64,000 nt of DNA from an uncultured Rubripirellula sp. (GTDB lineage: Bacteria > Planctomycetota > Planctomycetia > Pirellulales > Pirellulaceae): assembly GCA_938085445.1 (NCBI GenBank), contig CALKGR010000002.1:1-64000 (forward strand). Direction: 5' to 3'. Positions 38,901 to 48,948 of the stretch are shown here, piece after piece. Position numbers and translations under genes: made by a program. Each line of letters opens with the position of its first letter. Position 1 is the stretch's first letter. The notes beneath the pieces were generated by a model, which ran no database searches, had not been told where the DNA came from, and saw only the letters and a program-made list of their open reading frames with translations.

Positions 38901-41900
38901 CTCAGCAAATGCATCCGCTCGAATCGATTCCGGAAACACCTTCATCGCAACTGGGAAAGGAAAGGTATAGCCAAGTCGTAAATTCCCTTTCTGAATCAAG
39001 CTTAGCAATTCACCATCATTTGGCTGTAGATCATCGACATACTCACGCATCTCGGACAGCAACCAAAGGTAATTGGCAAGCCGTTCCGGCTTCTGCTTTT
39101 GGTAATTCGTCGCGTATCGCACAAGTTCTGAGAAGCGCTCCTTTGGCAGGATTTCTCGACACATGTTGTAAAACGCCTGTTGCGTCTGGAATGACTGTCG
39201 TGAAATGTTGGCTCTAGCCAATTGCAAGGCCAAACCGTCATCACCCAGTGCCACAGCCAGCCTCATCCAAATTCGAACATCCCCCAAGCCAGAGCGTTGC
39301 TGCATCACAGCACGCCCATTCACAATCACATAGGATGGCCGGCCATTTCTGCCAGTTACGCTTTTCTGATTCAAACGCCGCAACCACATTAACGATTCTT
39401 CGCGGTCATCTGCTAACCAGGCCGGCCGCAAACCTTTCCACATTACCTCTGCGCTCAACGCAGTATCTCCTGGCGAAGGCTTTATCTTCCCCAAGACGTC
39501 ATTGATCCTTGTTTGCTGCGTATCTGTTAAACCTGATGTTTCCAACAACCTCCGTAAACTGTCTCGACGTCCCGCACTTAGGCGAAGATTCACAATATTA
39601 GCGAACAGCGCCTGATCCTTGGGAAATCGTTTCAACAGCATTGCATCGATCTCCTCGATCGGCTCCAGCTGCGATACTGCCATATACATCCGCTGCAACT
39701 GCTTGAAACGCTTGTCAATTCTTGGAGCTTCAGAAAGCTCGCTGGCGATGTTAGCTTCCGTTTGAATTTTGGCTAATTGTTCCAGGTCTGCAACAAGCCG
39801 TTCTCTCTGCTCACCGAGCATCTGATCAATCGCATCGTCAGGCACCGTGACCAACATCCCCATTAACAGCTCATCAGAATATGTCTGGTATGCGTCTCGG
39901 TTGTTATTCCAGTAACGGTTCTGACTGTTTTTAGCGGCCTCGCGAGTCGTGAGTGGAGTCTGAGACAGAAGTAGATTGAGTCCACCCTGATAAAACCGGA
40001 ACGCTATCGCATCCTTGCGTTCGCTCTCGTTCAGTTTTGCAACTCGTGCCATGAGTGGCACATCTGAAGGGCTTGTCCGCAGCAGACGATCATATCGAGC
40101 CAAAGCCTCAGGAATTTTTCCAGCCTTTTCAAAAATCTCGGCAACCTCACGCTGATAACTGCGCGGGTCTGCAAGATTCCTTGCCATACCAAAGGTTCTT
40201 TCGGCACTTTGCGTGTCGCCATCATCAAGAAATGCTTTGCCAAGATCCAGAAAGACCTGCGGTGGCATCAACTCGTTGAGACCGATCAAACGTCGACCAA
40301 ATGCAAAGAAGGGCAGGTTTCCCTTATTGGTTGGCCCCCGCGAACTACTGGAGTAATACACCCCACCCCGAATCTTCGACGACAGCTCCATGCACTCCCG
40401 CAACACCGACAAACGCCGGCTACCTGAGACAGCCAGCGAATTCTCCATCGCCCTAATCTGCCCCGCTTTGTCGTTCACTTCCGATGAGAGGTCTGACAAT
40501 AGTTGGTACAGATAATTCTTATCTTCACGTCCGGCAAGTCGTTCGAGAGTGATCCGTCTCGCCCACTGCATGTTTCGCCCTTTTGCCTCCATGTTTAAGA
40601 GGCCGTCAATAGCGATCGTGAACATGTCATCCCGCTCAGCGTTCTCAGCCAAGTATTGGAACATTCCCACTGCACGTTCAGTCTGATTATTCTCCTTGAG
40701 CAGATTGGCCAGCAGAAGATAGGATTCGATACGATCGGGGTGGGTCGCGATCGCCTGACGGTAAGCATCGGCTGCTTCCTCTTTCATTCCCACAAGCGAA
40801 AGCACACCCGCTTCAAATTCACCGCCGATCGAGTCCTTACCATCGTCAGCTGTCCTCAAATTCATAAGCACTTTTCGAGCTTCCTGTGCCTTACCACGCT
40901 CCAACATGCTTAACGCCAGCTGCCGCAAATATTCAGTCTCTCCTTCAGGATCAACCTCTATCAGCTGTTCAATTACCTTCTCATAGTTCCAATAATCGTT
41001 GCAAATCTGGTAGATACGTCCCTTCTCTTGCAACTGATCAACCACATCCTTGCCCGTCTGCGACATGTATTCTTCTGAGATCTCAGTCGCTGCCACCGAA
41101 TCATTCACGCGAGAGTAGATTCTCACGAGTAAACCTGCTTCGCGGGCATCCGCAGTCCCATCGGAAAGTTTTTCCTCGATCTCAATGGCAATATCCGCCA
41201 ATGTCCCCAAGCGGCTGGCGACCGTCATCAGACGATCTTCCACATAACGTCGACGTGGGATCGACGTTATTTTTCTCCACAGTGCAAGCCATTGATCCAG
41301 TGCCTTGTCCTCGTCACCGACCTCACTGTAAAGCCAAGCAAGCCGCATCTCCAAGTCCTCGGCAACCACTTCCCGGGTCGCCCGAATCGCTTCATTTACT
41401 TCAATCGCCTTGTCCTGCCGCCCGATCCGCTCATAAGCGCTGGCGAGTTCTGCACGCACGTCATCACCTACGTCATCTAGCGACTGAACGCGATTCAAGG
41501 TGACTTCTGCGCCTTCCACATCGCCACGGCGTTGCTGCAAGTCGGCCCAATACAACAATGCCTGACCGTGGTTTCCCCGCAGGTCCACCATACGTTCCAC
41601 TGTTTTGCTTGCTAACCGATCCAAACCCAATTCACCGAGGGTCTGGGCAGCACTCATCAGAACGGAAGTGCGTTGAGTTTGGGTGACATAGTCGTCCCAC
41701 AACGCCACCGCGTCTTGTTTGTCTCCGCGCTCCAGCAGGATCTGCGTCAGCCCCCCTCGCCACGCCAGCTCATCCGGCTCAGCCTGAATCAGCTGACGAT
41801 AGGTCGCTATCATCTGCTCTGTATTCCCGGCCTCGCCCTCCAGTTCCAGCAATTCACGGCGCATCTCGACGGTAAATCCACTCGCCGCGTCGGTGGTCTT

Positions 41901-44900
41901 CCGAAACAGGGCAATCGCGTCATCATAGCGTCCCAGCTCACGCAACAAATCAATCCAGACCCGCTGCATTTCTGCCGTCATCGGTTCCAAGTCATCATTA
42001 CGCCGCTTGAACTCATCAACCAGAGCCTCCACACCAGCAGTCTTTTCCTTGAGACGATAAGACTCAACCAGCAATGCCAATGAATAATTCCGGTCCCTCT
42101 TCAGCGATGCCGATTCAACCGCCTGCCACGCTGTATCGATCGCGCGATCGCGTTCGTTCGCTCGGATCGCCCATTCGGTAACACGACTGGCACTTCGAAA
42201 ACGGGCAGTGCCCGTCCCCGTGACTGTGAACAACTTCAACGCATCTGCATGCCGATTCTGAACGGCCAGCACATTGGCAGCGCGATTCTTGAAACCAATG
42301 TCATCTGACTTCGATGCCAAGTCGATCAGCGGTTTCGCATCACTGCCCTGTCTTGCCTTGCTATCGCCAAGCAAACCCATCAGCGCTAGTCGTAAACTGA
42401 CTGTCTGTTTATCATCCTCGGACAGGTCAGCCTGCGTCAGTTCTGTATATAGGGCCTTGGCAGCCTCTGTTTCACCTAAAGCATCATGGAACTTGGCCTG
42501 CAAGAGCCTTAGATCGAGTCGGGAACCTTTAATTTCCTTCTGTTTGAGAAGATCCATCATCAGATCCGATGCCCGTTGCAAATCCCCACGACGTGCAGCC
42601 AGTTTCACTTCAATCTCGGCAACCACCTGATTTCGTTTAACGGTCAGATCATCCGTCGATTCCGCAAGCCAATCCAAGGTACTTTGCAGATTCCCTTCTT
42701 TAAGAATGGCCGTATCGAAGAAATCCGCCACTGCCTGATCACTGACTCCCGATTTTGTGCAATCATCGATCAGCTTGTTCGCCGCTACGATGACATCACC
42801 CCTCGGTCCTTCCTGTCCCATCGCTGACGGTGCAGAAAGCAGCACTGCAAAGACTGCAGCAGCAATGGAAGCGTTTATAACATTGGACAAAGGCTTGACT
42901 CGGCGAGGCAAGCGTCGCAAGACAATCTCCGCGAAGAACGCACCTAAGGCCAAGGCGTACAACCATGGTGCCAACGACAACAAAGTCTTGCCACTTGTTT
43001 GAGAAGCAGGTGCGTCCGACCAGACCGACGTAGGCGACATTCGCTGACCTCCAGTAAGCGTAGTGAGTGTTTCCGCATCAAGGGAATTCGCCGGATCAGC
43101 GAATTCCTCGGCTGCGATTGGCGACCTAACCGCCATCAAATTCCAGCGTGACGGTGTGCTAGTCGCAGAGGTTTCCAATCGAAGCGTTTGTCCCATTGGT
43201 GGAATGGGCATGCGAGCCAGGTACCGATCAGGGCTCCGCCTTTGAAAAACAACCTCGTCCAGGGATTCGAACAGCCGCGCTCGAGGGCCAACCTCAGCGG
43301 TTGCGATTCCACGTGGCTGTTGACGAATCGCATGGAGCAGAAGATCTCCTCCATCAAACTCAGCGGCATACTGGAAGGGCTCTCGCATATCAGCCGTACT
43401 TCTTTGCAGTATCCGAGCGAGCGCATTTCCATAGTCAGGCCATTTTTGCCAAGGCGTTGTTCCCTCACCCATTGGCTCGGTTGTCAGAGTGGTTACACGC
43501 CCCAGTCCATACCGCCAACTCGCCAACACCGGATGTTTTTCGCTTACCGTTTCCAACAGCACCTCGCTGCCTATCCGCGGCTTGGACTCAACGTACCCCG
43601 CAAGGTTGGGTAACTGAGCGGTATCGACATCACCCCACCAACCAGGGCCGCCACGCGCCTGCACCACATGTTGCCCAGGACGATACGATGGCAATTTGGT
43701 TGTTGAAGGCTGCTTCAGCAGGATTTCAGGCAGATTGAAACGGTTGGGCACATTATAGAAACGCCCTTTTCCCCAGTTAGCAATGTTCACCAGAAACTCG
43801 CTGTGGTAACCCCCACCCGCAAGAACGGTAGACACATTGATACCCTCATTGGACATCCGTCGCATCAACGACTCAAAGTCTCCAGATTCGACCCCACCAT
43901 CTGTGAGCACCAGCACATGCTTGTATCTCGTATCAACGTTCTGGAGACCATAAAATGCCTCTTCAAGTGCAGGCAGAATGACAGTTCCTCCGCCAGCATC
44001 CATACGGTTTAACGCCCGTTGCAATTCGATCGCATTCGACGCCGGCTGCAGTGGAGCTGCCCATCGCTTTGCACCATAGAATTCTACAATACCCACCTTA
44101 TCGTGCGGCAAAAGCCTTTTCATTGCCAGCCTTGATACTTCCTTAGCAAGTTGCACACGCACGCCACTCATGGAACCCGATGTATCAATCACTATCACCA
44201 ACGACGTCGACGGATCCCTTTTCTCTTCTTTTTGAACGAGTTCAATGGGCAGCAAATTTTCGATCGGCCGATCATGCCATCCACCACCGCCAAACGAGGC
44301 GCGCCCACCGCTCATGACCAAACCGAGTCCATCATCCTGGACCGCCTTGACAAGCTGCTGCTCGGCGACGGAACTCACCTGCTCGGCAGGTTGATCATCC
44401 AGCATTACCAGGTCTGTGCGAATAAGTGCCTCACCCAGTTTGACCGGATCGCTGGTTTCCCCCGTCGCAACTTCAAAACTTGGGCCCAACATGCTGGCCA
44501 GCTTTCCCGCTGCGCCACTTTGCCGATCTCCGAGATAGAGCAGCTGATGCGGTGGCAGAATTGGCAGGACGACAGCAAGTTCCTGTTCGGAGCCATCGCT
44601 ATCCTGAGCCACGACGACAGCATCCAAAAAGCCGGCACCTTCCGGTTCAAAGTTCAATGGCACTTGCTGTTCGCCAGCACCCCTGAAAGCTGAACGAGCC
44701 AATTCAGTTTTTCCTGACTTCAAGATCAACGCTCCCGTCGCTCCCCTCGCAGGCAGAACCAACCGCACGTTGACCCTCGAATCAGCCCCTTTTCTAAGCG
44801 GCGAGGGCCAATTCACACTTACCGGTGTAGCGGGTCTTGTGAGCGTCTCAAGCTGCACCCAGTGAACGGGTATTTCCTGCTCTCGCAATGCCGCAATGGC

Positions 44901-45374
44901 ACGATCATCATCAGGACGCGTCGCCAGCGAATCACTTGCGATCGTAACACTTCCCGGTGCACCCCAGGGAATCAGGGACTGCGCCCTTGCAATCGCAGCG
45001 GAAAGAGGAGTTGTACCGCGTCTCGTCTGATCTTCAATTATCGAAACAGAGGAAAATCCGGAGACATCATCAGAAGCCAACGGGTCACCAAAGGTCACCA
45101 GATGACAGTCGGGGGACTTCTGGAATTCCGCGATCTGCGCCAAGGACTGCGTTTTCGCAGCATCGGAAATACTCCCACTACGATCAAGCACCAGAACTTT
45201 GCAAGGCGTCACTTCTTCCACGTCCAACTGTGGCATCGCCATTGCAACAGCTACCGCAAGAAAAATAACTGAGCGTATCAAGTTCTGGAGGGTGTTCTTA
45301 CCCTTCCATGGCCCTATCCACGGAACAAAAGCAAACAGCGATAACAACAGCATGAACGGGTGTAACAGGATCAC
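35925..45374 (-). CDS. Giant (~3150 aa) membrane protein: VWA / glutamine-amidotransferase-like / VWA region fused to a long TPR solenoid
   Basis: MIDAS motifs VLDRSGS and VIDTSGS...LTDGG. GGRASFGGGGW and WRYGLGRV blocks. TM helix ending AEIVLRR, followed by ~2300 aa of TPR-like helices. Start placed at GTG 45374 (GTGA overlap with the upstream stop). Confidence 0.85.
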   Translation of the reverse strand: MILLHPFMLLLSLFAFVPWIGPWKGKNTLQNLIRSVIFLAVAVAMAMPQLDVEEVTPCKVLVLDRSGSISDAAKTQSLAQIAEFQKSPDCHLVTFGDPLASDDVSGFSSVSIIEDQTRRGTTPLSAAIARAQSLIPWGAPGSVTIASDSLATRPDDDRAIAALREQEIPVHWVQLETLTRPATPVSVNWPSPLRKGADSRVNVRLVLPARGATGALILKSGKTELARSAFRGAGEQQVPLNFEPEGAGFLDAVVVAQDSDGSEQELAVVLPILPPHQLLYLGDRQSGAAGKLASMLGPSFEVATGETSDPVKLGEALIRTDLVMLDDQPAEQVSSVAEQQLVKAVQDDGLGLVMSGGRASFGGGGWHDRPIENLLPIELVQKEEKRDPSTSLVIVIDTSGSMSGVRVQLAKEVSRLAMKRLLPHDKVGIVEFYGAKRWAAPLQPASNAIELQRALNRMDAGGGTVILPALEEAFYGLQNVDTRYKHVLVLTDGGVESGDFESLMRRMSNEGINVSTVLAGGGYHSEFLVNIANWGKGRFYNVPNRFNLPEILLKQPSTTKLPSYRPGQHVVQARGGPGWWGDVDTAQLPNLAGYVESKPRIGSEVLLETVSEKHPVLASWRYGLGRVTTLTTEPMGEGTTPWQKWPDYGNALARILQRSTADMREPFQYAAEFDGGDLLLHAIRQQPRGIATAEVGPRARLFESLDEVVFQRRSPDRYLARMPIPPMGQTLRLETSATSTPSRWNLMAVRSPIAAEEFADPANSLDAETLTTLTGGQRMSPTSVWSDAPASQTSGKTLLSLAPWLYALALGAFFAEIVLRRLPRRVKPLSNVINASIAAAVFAVLLSAPSAMGQEGPRGDVIVAANKLIDDCTKSGVSDQAVADFFDTAILKEGNLQSTLDWLAESTDDLTVKRNQVVAEIEVKLAARRGDLQRASDLMMDLLKQKEIKGSRLDLRLLQAKFHDALGETEAAKALYTELTQADLSEDDKQTVSLRLALMGLLGDSKARQGSDAKPLIDLASKSDDIGFKNRAANVLAVQNRHADALKLFTVTGTGTARFRSASRVTEWAIRANERDRAIDTAWQAVESASLKRDRNYSLALLVESYRLKEKTAGVEALVDEFKRRNDDLEPMTAEMQRVWIDLLRELGRYDDAIALFRKTTDAASGFTVEMRRELLELEGEAGNTEQMIATYRQLIQAEPDELAWRGGLTQILLERGDKQDAVALWDDYVTQTQRTSVLMSAAQTLGELGLDRLASKTVERMVDLRGNHGQALLYWADLQQRRGDVEGAEVTLNRVQSLDDVGDDVRAELASAYERIGRQDKAIEVNEAIRATREVVAEDLEMRLAWLYSEVGDEDKALDQWLALWRKITSIPRRRYVEDRLMTVASRLGTLADIAIEIEEKLSDGTADAREAGLLVRIYSRVNDSVAATEISEEYMSQTGKDVVDQLQEKGRIYQICNDYWNYEKVIEQLIEVDPEGETEYLRQLALSMLERGKAQEARKVLMNLRTADDGKDSIGGEFEAGVLSLVGMKEEAADAYRQAIATHPDRIESYLLLANLLKENNQTERAVGMFQYLAENAERDDMFTIAIDGLLNMEAKGRNMQWARRITLERLAGREDKNYLYQLLSDLSSEVNDKAGQIRAMENSLAVSGSRRLSVLRECMELSSKIRGGVYYSSSSRGPTNKGNLPFFAFGRRLIGLNELMPPQVFLDLGKAFLDDGDTQSAERTFGMARNLADPRSYQREVAEIFEKAGKIPEALARYDRLLRTSPSDVPLMARVAKLNESERKDAIAFRFYQGGLNLLLSQTPLTTREAAKNSQNRYWNNNRDAYQTYSDELLMGMLVTVPDDAIDQMLGEQRERLVADLEQLAKIQTEANIASELSEAPRIDKRFKQLQRMYMAVSQLEPIEEIDAMLLKRFPKDQALFANIVNLRLSAGRRDSLRRLLETSGLTDTQQTRINDVLGKIKPSPGDTALSAEVMWKGLRPAWLADDREESLMWLRRLNQKSVTGRNGRPSYVIVNGRAVMQQRSGLGDVRIWMRLAVALGDDGLALQLARANISRQSFQTQQAFYNMCREILPKERFSELVRYATNYQKQKPERLANYLWLLSEMREYVDDLQPNDGELLSLIQKGNLRLGYTFPFPVAMKVFPESIRADAFAETLDTVTPKTLPQELIRVPFNYKEAIDDETKKVILAAMSDGIDAALQDNYLRYCSYYMPRGGTVLVCAENEDLATKMLDLLIAEKVMKRESNIAKMAQVVKAMLLFQSGKKQEGISLALKTGSPFVTATDSYLRQLRTWAFKEFLMDNPEAFWKTLQADDEKSEVSVADYDNRISLVSRIRATDLLANLYAEAANKYPNVTKFTSSASRSSARPENVYQEIESQMKRLKSLQAKKDVSDSAKHVKEQDAIRTRLSVLWNSVDHPVNGMKFWTVVDEHSREAYEQARKKEQEGKGTDGKGAAKPPVEVLGGNVDTIGGSSKAVDGSARKAVALKPMPPNPTGLGKANAGKPNPAAAAGAPVKLIKSKPSGGVTQKKPDPIKEKKYAKGVQGVKDALDAGDEAGVIRSIRSMWRTLPPVTASPYGSRVVSRPMNYSWPVPRATSKTKGVRESVAEKTKSEASKKAAEAVVKARLRQRGGLSVFIPAVRAASAPRPTAWDVLAEYSYTLPEMRRIVRSSFIAPGNAKAVSLGLLRAERLAKGDELVLAGLVKDIQEGRGSQRVLDGFFQLVSEKPELIDQSNKWVLDLLTDQLGIKNGSEAQSLAPLYAQVGDLDTAAMLYRVSAFFPSKSVKHFSSLVADARRFFGGDELLTLVESMFDTVYDRRLALPAVLDLRHELLSAKDAADAARRDFPIESVVHDIYDVETLVSGVAVFSADGDYKRAVECVDTLLRQHGNPFVPRLVNSSQYYMSRTTSRPWVLTRQNYLDLFPEVDPGSASKSAEWLRNASIAVSSLRTDESVKGEAVAEALLTIAYRQSEAGEVEAVRKTLELVDETLLKKALKLDLLAIDLFRKAGLSSRAVEVQERMQQVGNLPYVRFGEFVRDTALSSGEDKATERFNELVELSMAKDLLAAGREVAGEDQAKLKRIAALQSQKTAAEREYQRRLKAAEERKAGGNKVTSSEPGKQVGAVPGKTRALPLVPAVKMQIQLQPKP

Positions 45375-46954
45375 GGCAAACGCCCCTTCTGATATAACGC
45401 CCACTCAGCGAGCAACATGACAACCACCAAGATTCCAATCCAGACGGTAACATTGAAACCTGAACCAAAACCGTAACTGGGAGAGGGCTCAACTGTTGCC
45501 GCAACCACAGCTGGCCTCGTCAAACGAGTCACTTGCAACTTGCGTCCGTCAGCTGCAGTGGCAGTTAAGTCTGCAATGCGATCGAAAGCAGGTCTCGCGA
45601 CGGGCAATCGCTCGCCTTGTTCCGCCCATGGAACCAGAACAGGACGGTCCGCCAGCCAGCGAATCGAGCGTGCGACAAAAATCGGACAGGCACGACTTTG
45701 CTGAAAGTTATATGTTGAAGAGAACAGGTTTTTCCAAACCGAGATTTTCCGTTGAGCCGCCGCCGCCACCTGCACATCGACCACCCGTCCACTTTGCTGT
45801 GCAAGTGCCGTTGCATCAATTTGCCGTAATGCCAACTCATCGATCAATACCGACAAAGCCGAGGCAGCGTCTTCAACATCCGTATCAATCTGAAATGCCG
45901 GTTGACCATCTGACCGTAAACGCAGATCAGCATTCTCACTGTCACCTACCAACAGGTCAGGCTGATCCTGCACCTCCAAGCACGCGGGGTCGAGAAGAAT
46001 CAGTTGTTTCAGCACCTCCGGCGTCCCCGCACCGAAAGTAATTCTGATTGGGTCTCGACGCGGAAGCGTGATTGCACCCACCTCGCTAGCCTCATGGATC
46101 AATCGCAAGACACCGCCCTGAGCAGGTACATTTTTTAGGACATAGTCACCCGCTTGCGTTGCCTGCACGTCCCCCACAAAAGGCTCTCTATCAATCGTGA
46201 TTTGAAGCTTTTCTAGTTTAAATTTGTCTGGCGCCGCGACCGAAAACAACAGGTCAACCGTCTGCCAGACGCCCGACACCGCATCAGAGACCCCCAGGGA
46301 GCGAAGAACAGGTTTCCCCATCGCTGGACCTCGATCCAACCGGTACACAGTCACTGCCTCTGGCAGAGTATCAAGGTAACGCTGGTCGACCTCAGTATCA
46401 CCGACGATATGTATTGTGAGCGGGTTGCCGTCTCCGGCGCGTGTTGACAATGATTCCAAAGCCCATTCCAGTCCTGTCGATGCGGCCGTTGGCTCTCGCT
46501 CACGCCGCAAATTGGCTAACTGAACCGGTTCTCCACTCCGCAGCAGAGTCTCCAACTGCGGACCGGCATGCACAATTTCTCGATTCATCAAGGGTAATCG
46601 GGAGGCCTTTAAGGTCGCCAAATCGAAATCCGCAGCAGCAAGCGTCGGATCCGCAATACTCCCATCCAGTAGGACTACATGCTGCATCTGATCCACAGCA
46701 CTCCACCTCGGACCCGCAACAAGAATCCACAGCAGAGACGCAATCAGAACCAGCAGTAGCCACGCAGGCCAATGTCGAAATCTCTGAACAAACACTCGTG
46801 CCCGAGTTTCCTTGACAGCAGCCTGCCAGAACAAGGTGCTGGCTACTTCGACCTCTCGATGCTGAACTCGCAAACGCTGCAGCAGGGCCAACCCAAATGC
46901 GATAACACCTATCCCGATCAATGTCGCCAAGGTTGAAAACAATGTAAAAGTCAT
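45371..46954 (-). CDS. BatA-like N-terminal double-TM domain protein (degenerate VWA)
   Basis: LLQRLR...VASTLFW...LLLVLIA..LW...AGP, VVLLDGS, and a C-terminal TM ending LLAEWALY. ATGA overlap with the DUF58 gene. Confidence 0.82.
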   Translation of the reverse strand: MTFTLFSTLATLIGIGVIAFGLALLQRLRVQHREVEVASTLFWQAAVKETRARVFVQRFRHWPAWLLLVLIASLLWILVAGPRWSAVDQMQHVVLLDGSIADPTLAAADFDLATLKASRLPLMNREIVHAGPQLETLLRSGEPVQLANLRREREPTAASTGLEWALESLSTRAGDGNPLTIHIVGDTEVDQRYLDTLPEAVTVYRLDRGPAMGKPVLRSLGVSDAVSGVWQTVDLLFSVAAPDKFKLEKLQITIDREPFVGDVQATQAGDYVLKNVPAQGGVLRLIHEASEVGAITLPRRDPIRITFGAGTPEVLKQLILLDPACLEVQDQPDLLVGDSENADLRLRSDGQPAFQIDTDVEDAASALSVLIDELALRQIDATALAQQSGRVVDVQVAAAAQRKISVWKNLFSSTYNFQQSRACPIFVARSIRWLADRPVLVPWAEQGERLPVARPAFDRIADLTATAADGRKLQVTRLTRPAVVAATVEPSPSYGFGSGFNVTVWIGILVVVMLLAEWALYQKGRLP

Positions 46955-47853
46955 GCCACGTAACTCCCACCTTCAAACAGTTGGGACAATTGCTGCATCA
47001 CATCGCTTTCATGGTCCAGAAACAGAAGGTTTCCCTGTCGACTGCGTGCAAAGTCCCGCAGCCTTTCGAAGTGTCCATCGTAAGCATTTCGATATTCTTC
47101 CATGACCGAAGCCGTTACCGAAACATCCTGCATGTCACCCGTTTCACAGTCCCGCACCCGAATATCGCCCTGCAACCCGGGTTCCCTATCCTCTTGGCAA
47201 CTGACGGCAACCAACAAGGGGCGATGCCTGGTGCGTTTCAATTCGGCTGTCATCACTTCGATGCCGTGGGGATCAAAGAAATCCGAGATAATGACAAGCA
47301 ATCCTTCCCGCATCCGCAACCCTCTAAGCTTCGACAAGGAGGTGGCAAGGTCCGTTCCCCCTGGCTTGTCTCGCGCCTTCTCGGCCGCCCGGCTCATCGA
47401 TTCGGCAAGCAAACCGAGCCGTCCACGCCCCGAAGTCGGCCTGATCGAACTGTCCAGATCTTCACCGAACGGTAAAACGCCGACGCGATCGTGCTGATCA
47501 AGCCCAATCGACGCAAACGCAATCGCCACCTTCATCGCTGTGATGGCTCGTGGCGTGGCATCATGCCACATGCTCCTAGAAAGGTCGGGCATCAAATAGA
47601 TAGGCAAATCTTCCATTTCTTCAAAAAGCCGAACCACAAAACGCCCGAGCCTGCGATAGACGTTCCAATCAATCGTCTTTAACTCGTCACCCGGTGAGTA
47701 GGGTCGATAGTCGCGGAACTCCATTCCTTGACCACGATCACGGGATCGATGTTCTGCCCATCGTCCCGCGGGCGCAACCCGCCTCGCAACCACGCGCATG
47801 GCGTTCGCCTGTTGCAGGAAGTCAGGATCAAGCAAATTGAATGGATCGTTCAT
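46951..47853 (-). CDS. DUF58 protein (MoxR-associated, VWA-like)
   Basis: G.EFRDYRPY.PGD....IDWN..R, DLSRSM, ISDFFD. Confidence 0.92.
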   Translation of the reverse strand: MNDPFNLLDPDFLQQANAMRVVARRVAPAGRWAEHRSRDRGQGMEFRDYRPYSPGDELKTIDWNVYRRLGRFVVRLFEEMEDLPIYLMPDLSRSMWHDATPRAITAMKVAIAFASIGLDQHDRVGVLPFGEDLDSSIRPTSGRGRLGLLAESMSRAAEKARDKPGGTDLATSLSKLRGLRMREGLLVIISDFFDPHGIEVMTAELKRTRHRPLLVAVSCQEDREPGLQGDIRVRDCETGDMQDVSVTASVMEEYRNAYDGHFERLRDFARSRQGNLLFLDHESDVMQQLSQLFEGGSYVA

Positions 47854-47949
47854 ACGAAACAGAATCGAGTGAGGCAAAGAGGCAAAGACAGTAGCCGCAA
47901 TCAGCTAACCCTGTCGTCTGGAAATCACTGAAGACGCAAACCAAACTTT

Positions 47950-48948
47950 CTATTTCAGTACTTCAGCGATCACATCATCCGAGGTGACTCCGTCAGACAT
48001 ACCCTGGAAATTCACCAGCACACGATGCCGAAGAACGTCATGCGCTACCGCTTTCAGGTCTTCCGTTGCAACCGCATACCTGCCTTCAAGCAAGGCACGG
48101 ACTTTACCAGCAAGGATCAGTGCCTGGACACCACGCGGGGATGCTCCTAACGCAACGACCTCATTGACCATCGGAGCCGTGTACTCATTCCCCGGTTGAG
48201 TCGCCATGACCAACCGAATCGCATCGGTTTCTACATGTTCTGGAACCGGCACTGCCCGTACCACCTGTCTCATCCGAATCACGGTATTCGCATCGGACAC
48301 GGGTTTCAGTTCCACTTGCTCATTGGAAGTGGTACGTCTGAGGATGGTGCGGTAGTCATTTTCAGCGGGATAGCCGACCACCAATTTGAACAGAAATCGA
48401 TCGAGCTGTGCCTCGGGCAAAGGGTAAGTTCCTTCCTGCTCTACCGGATTTTGTGTCGCCATCACGCAAAAAGGATCTTCCAAGTGGATCGTCCGTTTAC
48501 CAACAGAAATCTGTTTTTCCTGCATCGATTCCAACAACGCTGCCTGCGTTCGCGGCGTTGCCCGATTGATCTCGTCAGCGAGCACCAGATTGGCAACCAA
48601 GGGCCCCGCTTGAAACTCAAGCTTGGTTCCGCCAGCTTCATTCTCCGTCAGAACATTGGTACCGCGAATGTCAGCGGGCATCATATCGGGCGTGAACTGG
48701 ATTCGACTGAAGCTCAGGTCGATCGCCTTACCCAGAGAACTGACGAGCAAGGTCTTCCCCAATCCCGGCACTCCCTCAAGAAGCACATGCCCCGCAGCAA
48801 ACAAGGCAGCCAAAACACCATCAACAGTGGCATCCTGCCCCACCATCATCCGACCAACCTCGGTTCGAATAGCGGCGTGGACAGAGCGGAATTCTTCAGC
48901 AGCTTCGCGAGCTTCGGCGGGGGTATCAGCGGACAAGGTAGAACTCAT
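47950..48948 (-). CDS. moxR: MoxR family AAA+ ATPase (MRP type)
   Basis: Walker A GVPGLGKT, RIQFTPD.MP.DI.G, Walker B LADEINRA, ATQNPVEQEGTYPLPEAQLDRF. Confidence 0.95.
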   Translation of the reverse strand: MSSTLSADTPAEAREAAEEFRSVHAAIRTEVGRMMVGQDATVDGVLAALFAAGHVLLEGVPGLGKTLLVSSLGKAIDLSFSRIQFTPDMMPADIRGTNVLTENEAGGTKLEFQAGPLVANLVLADEINRATPRTQAALLESMQEKQISVGKRTIHLEDPFCVMATQNPVEQEGTYPLPEAQLDRFLFKLVVGYPAENDYRTILRRTTSNEQVELKPVSDANTVIRMRQVVRAVPVPEHVETDAIRLVMATQPGNEYTAPMVNEVVALGASPRGVQALILAGKVRALLEGRYAVATEDLKAVAHDVLRHRVLVNFQGMSDGVTSDDVIAEVLK

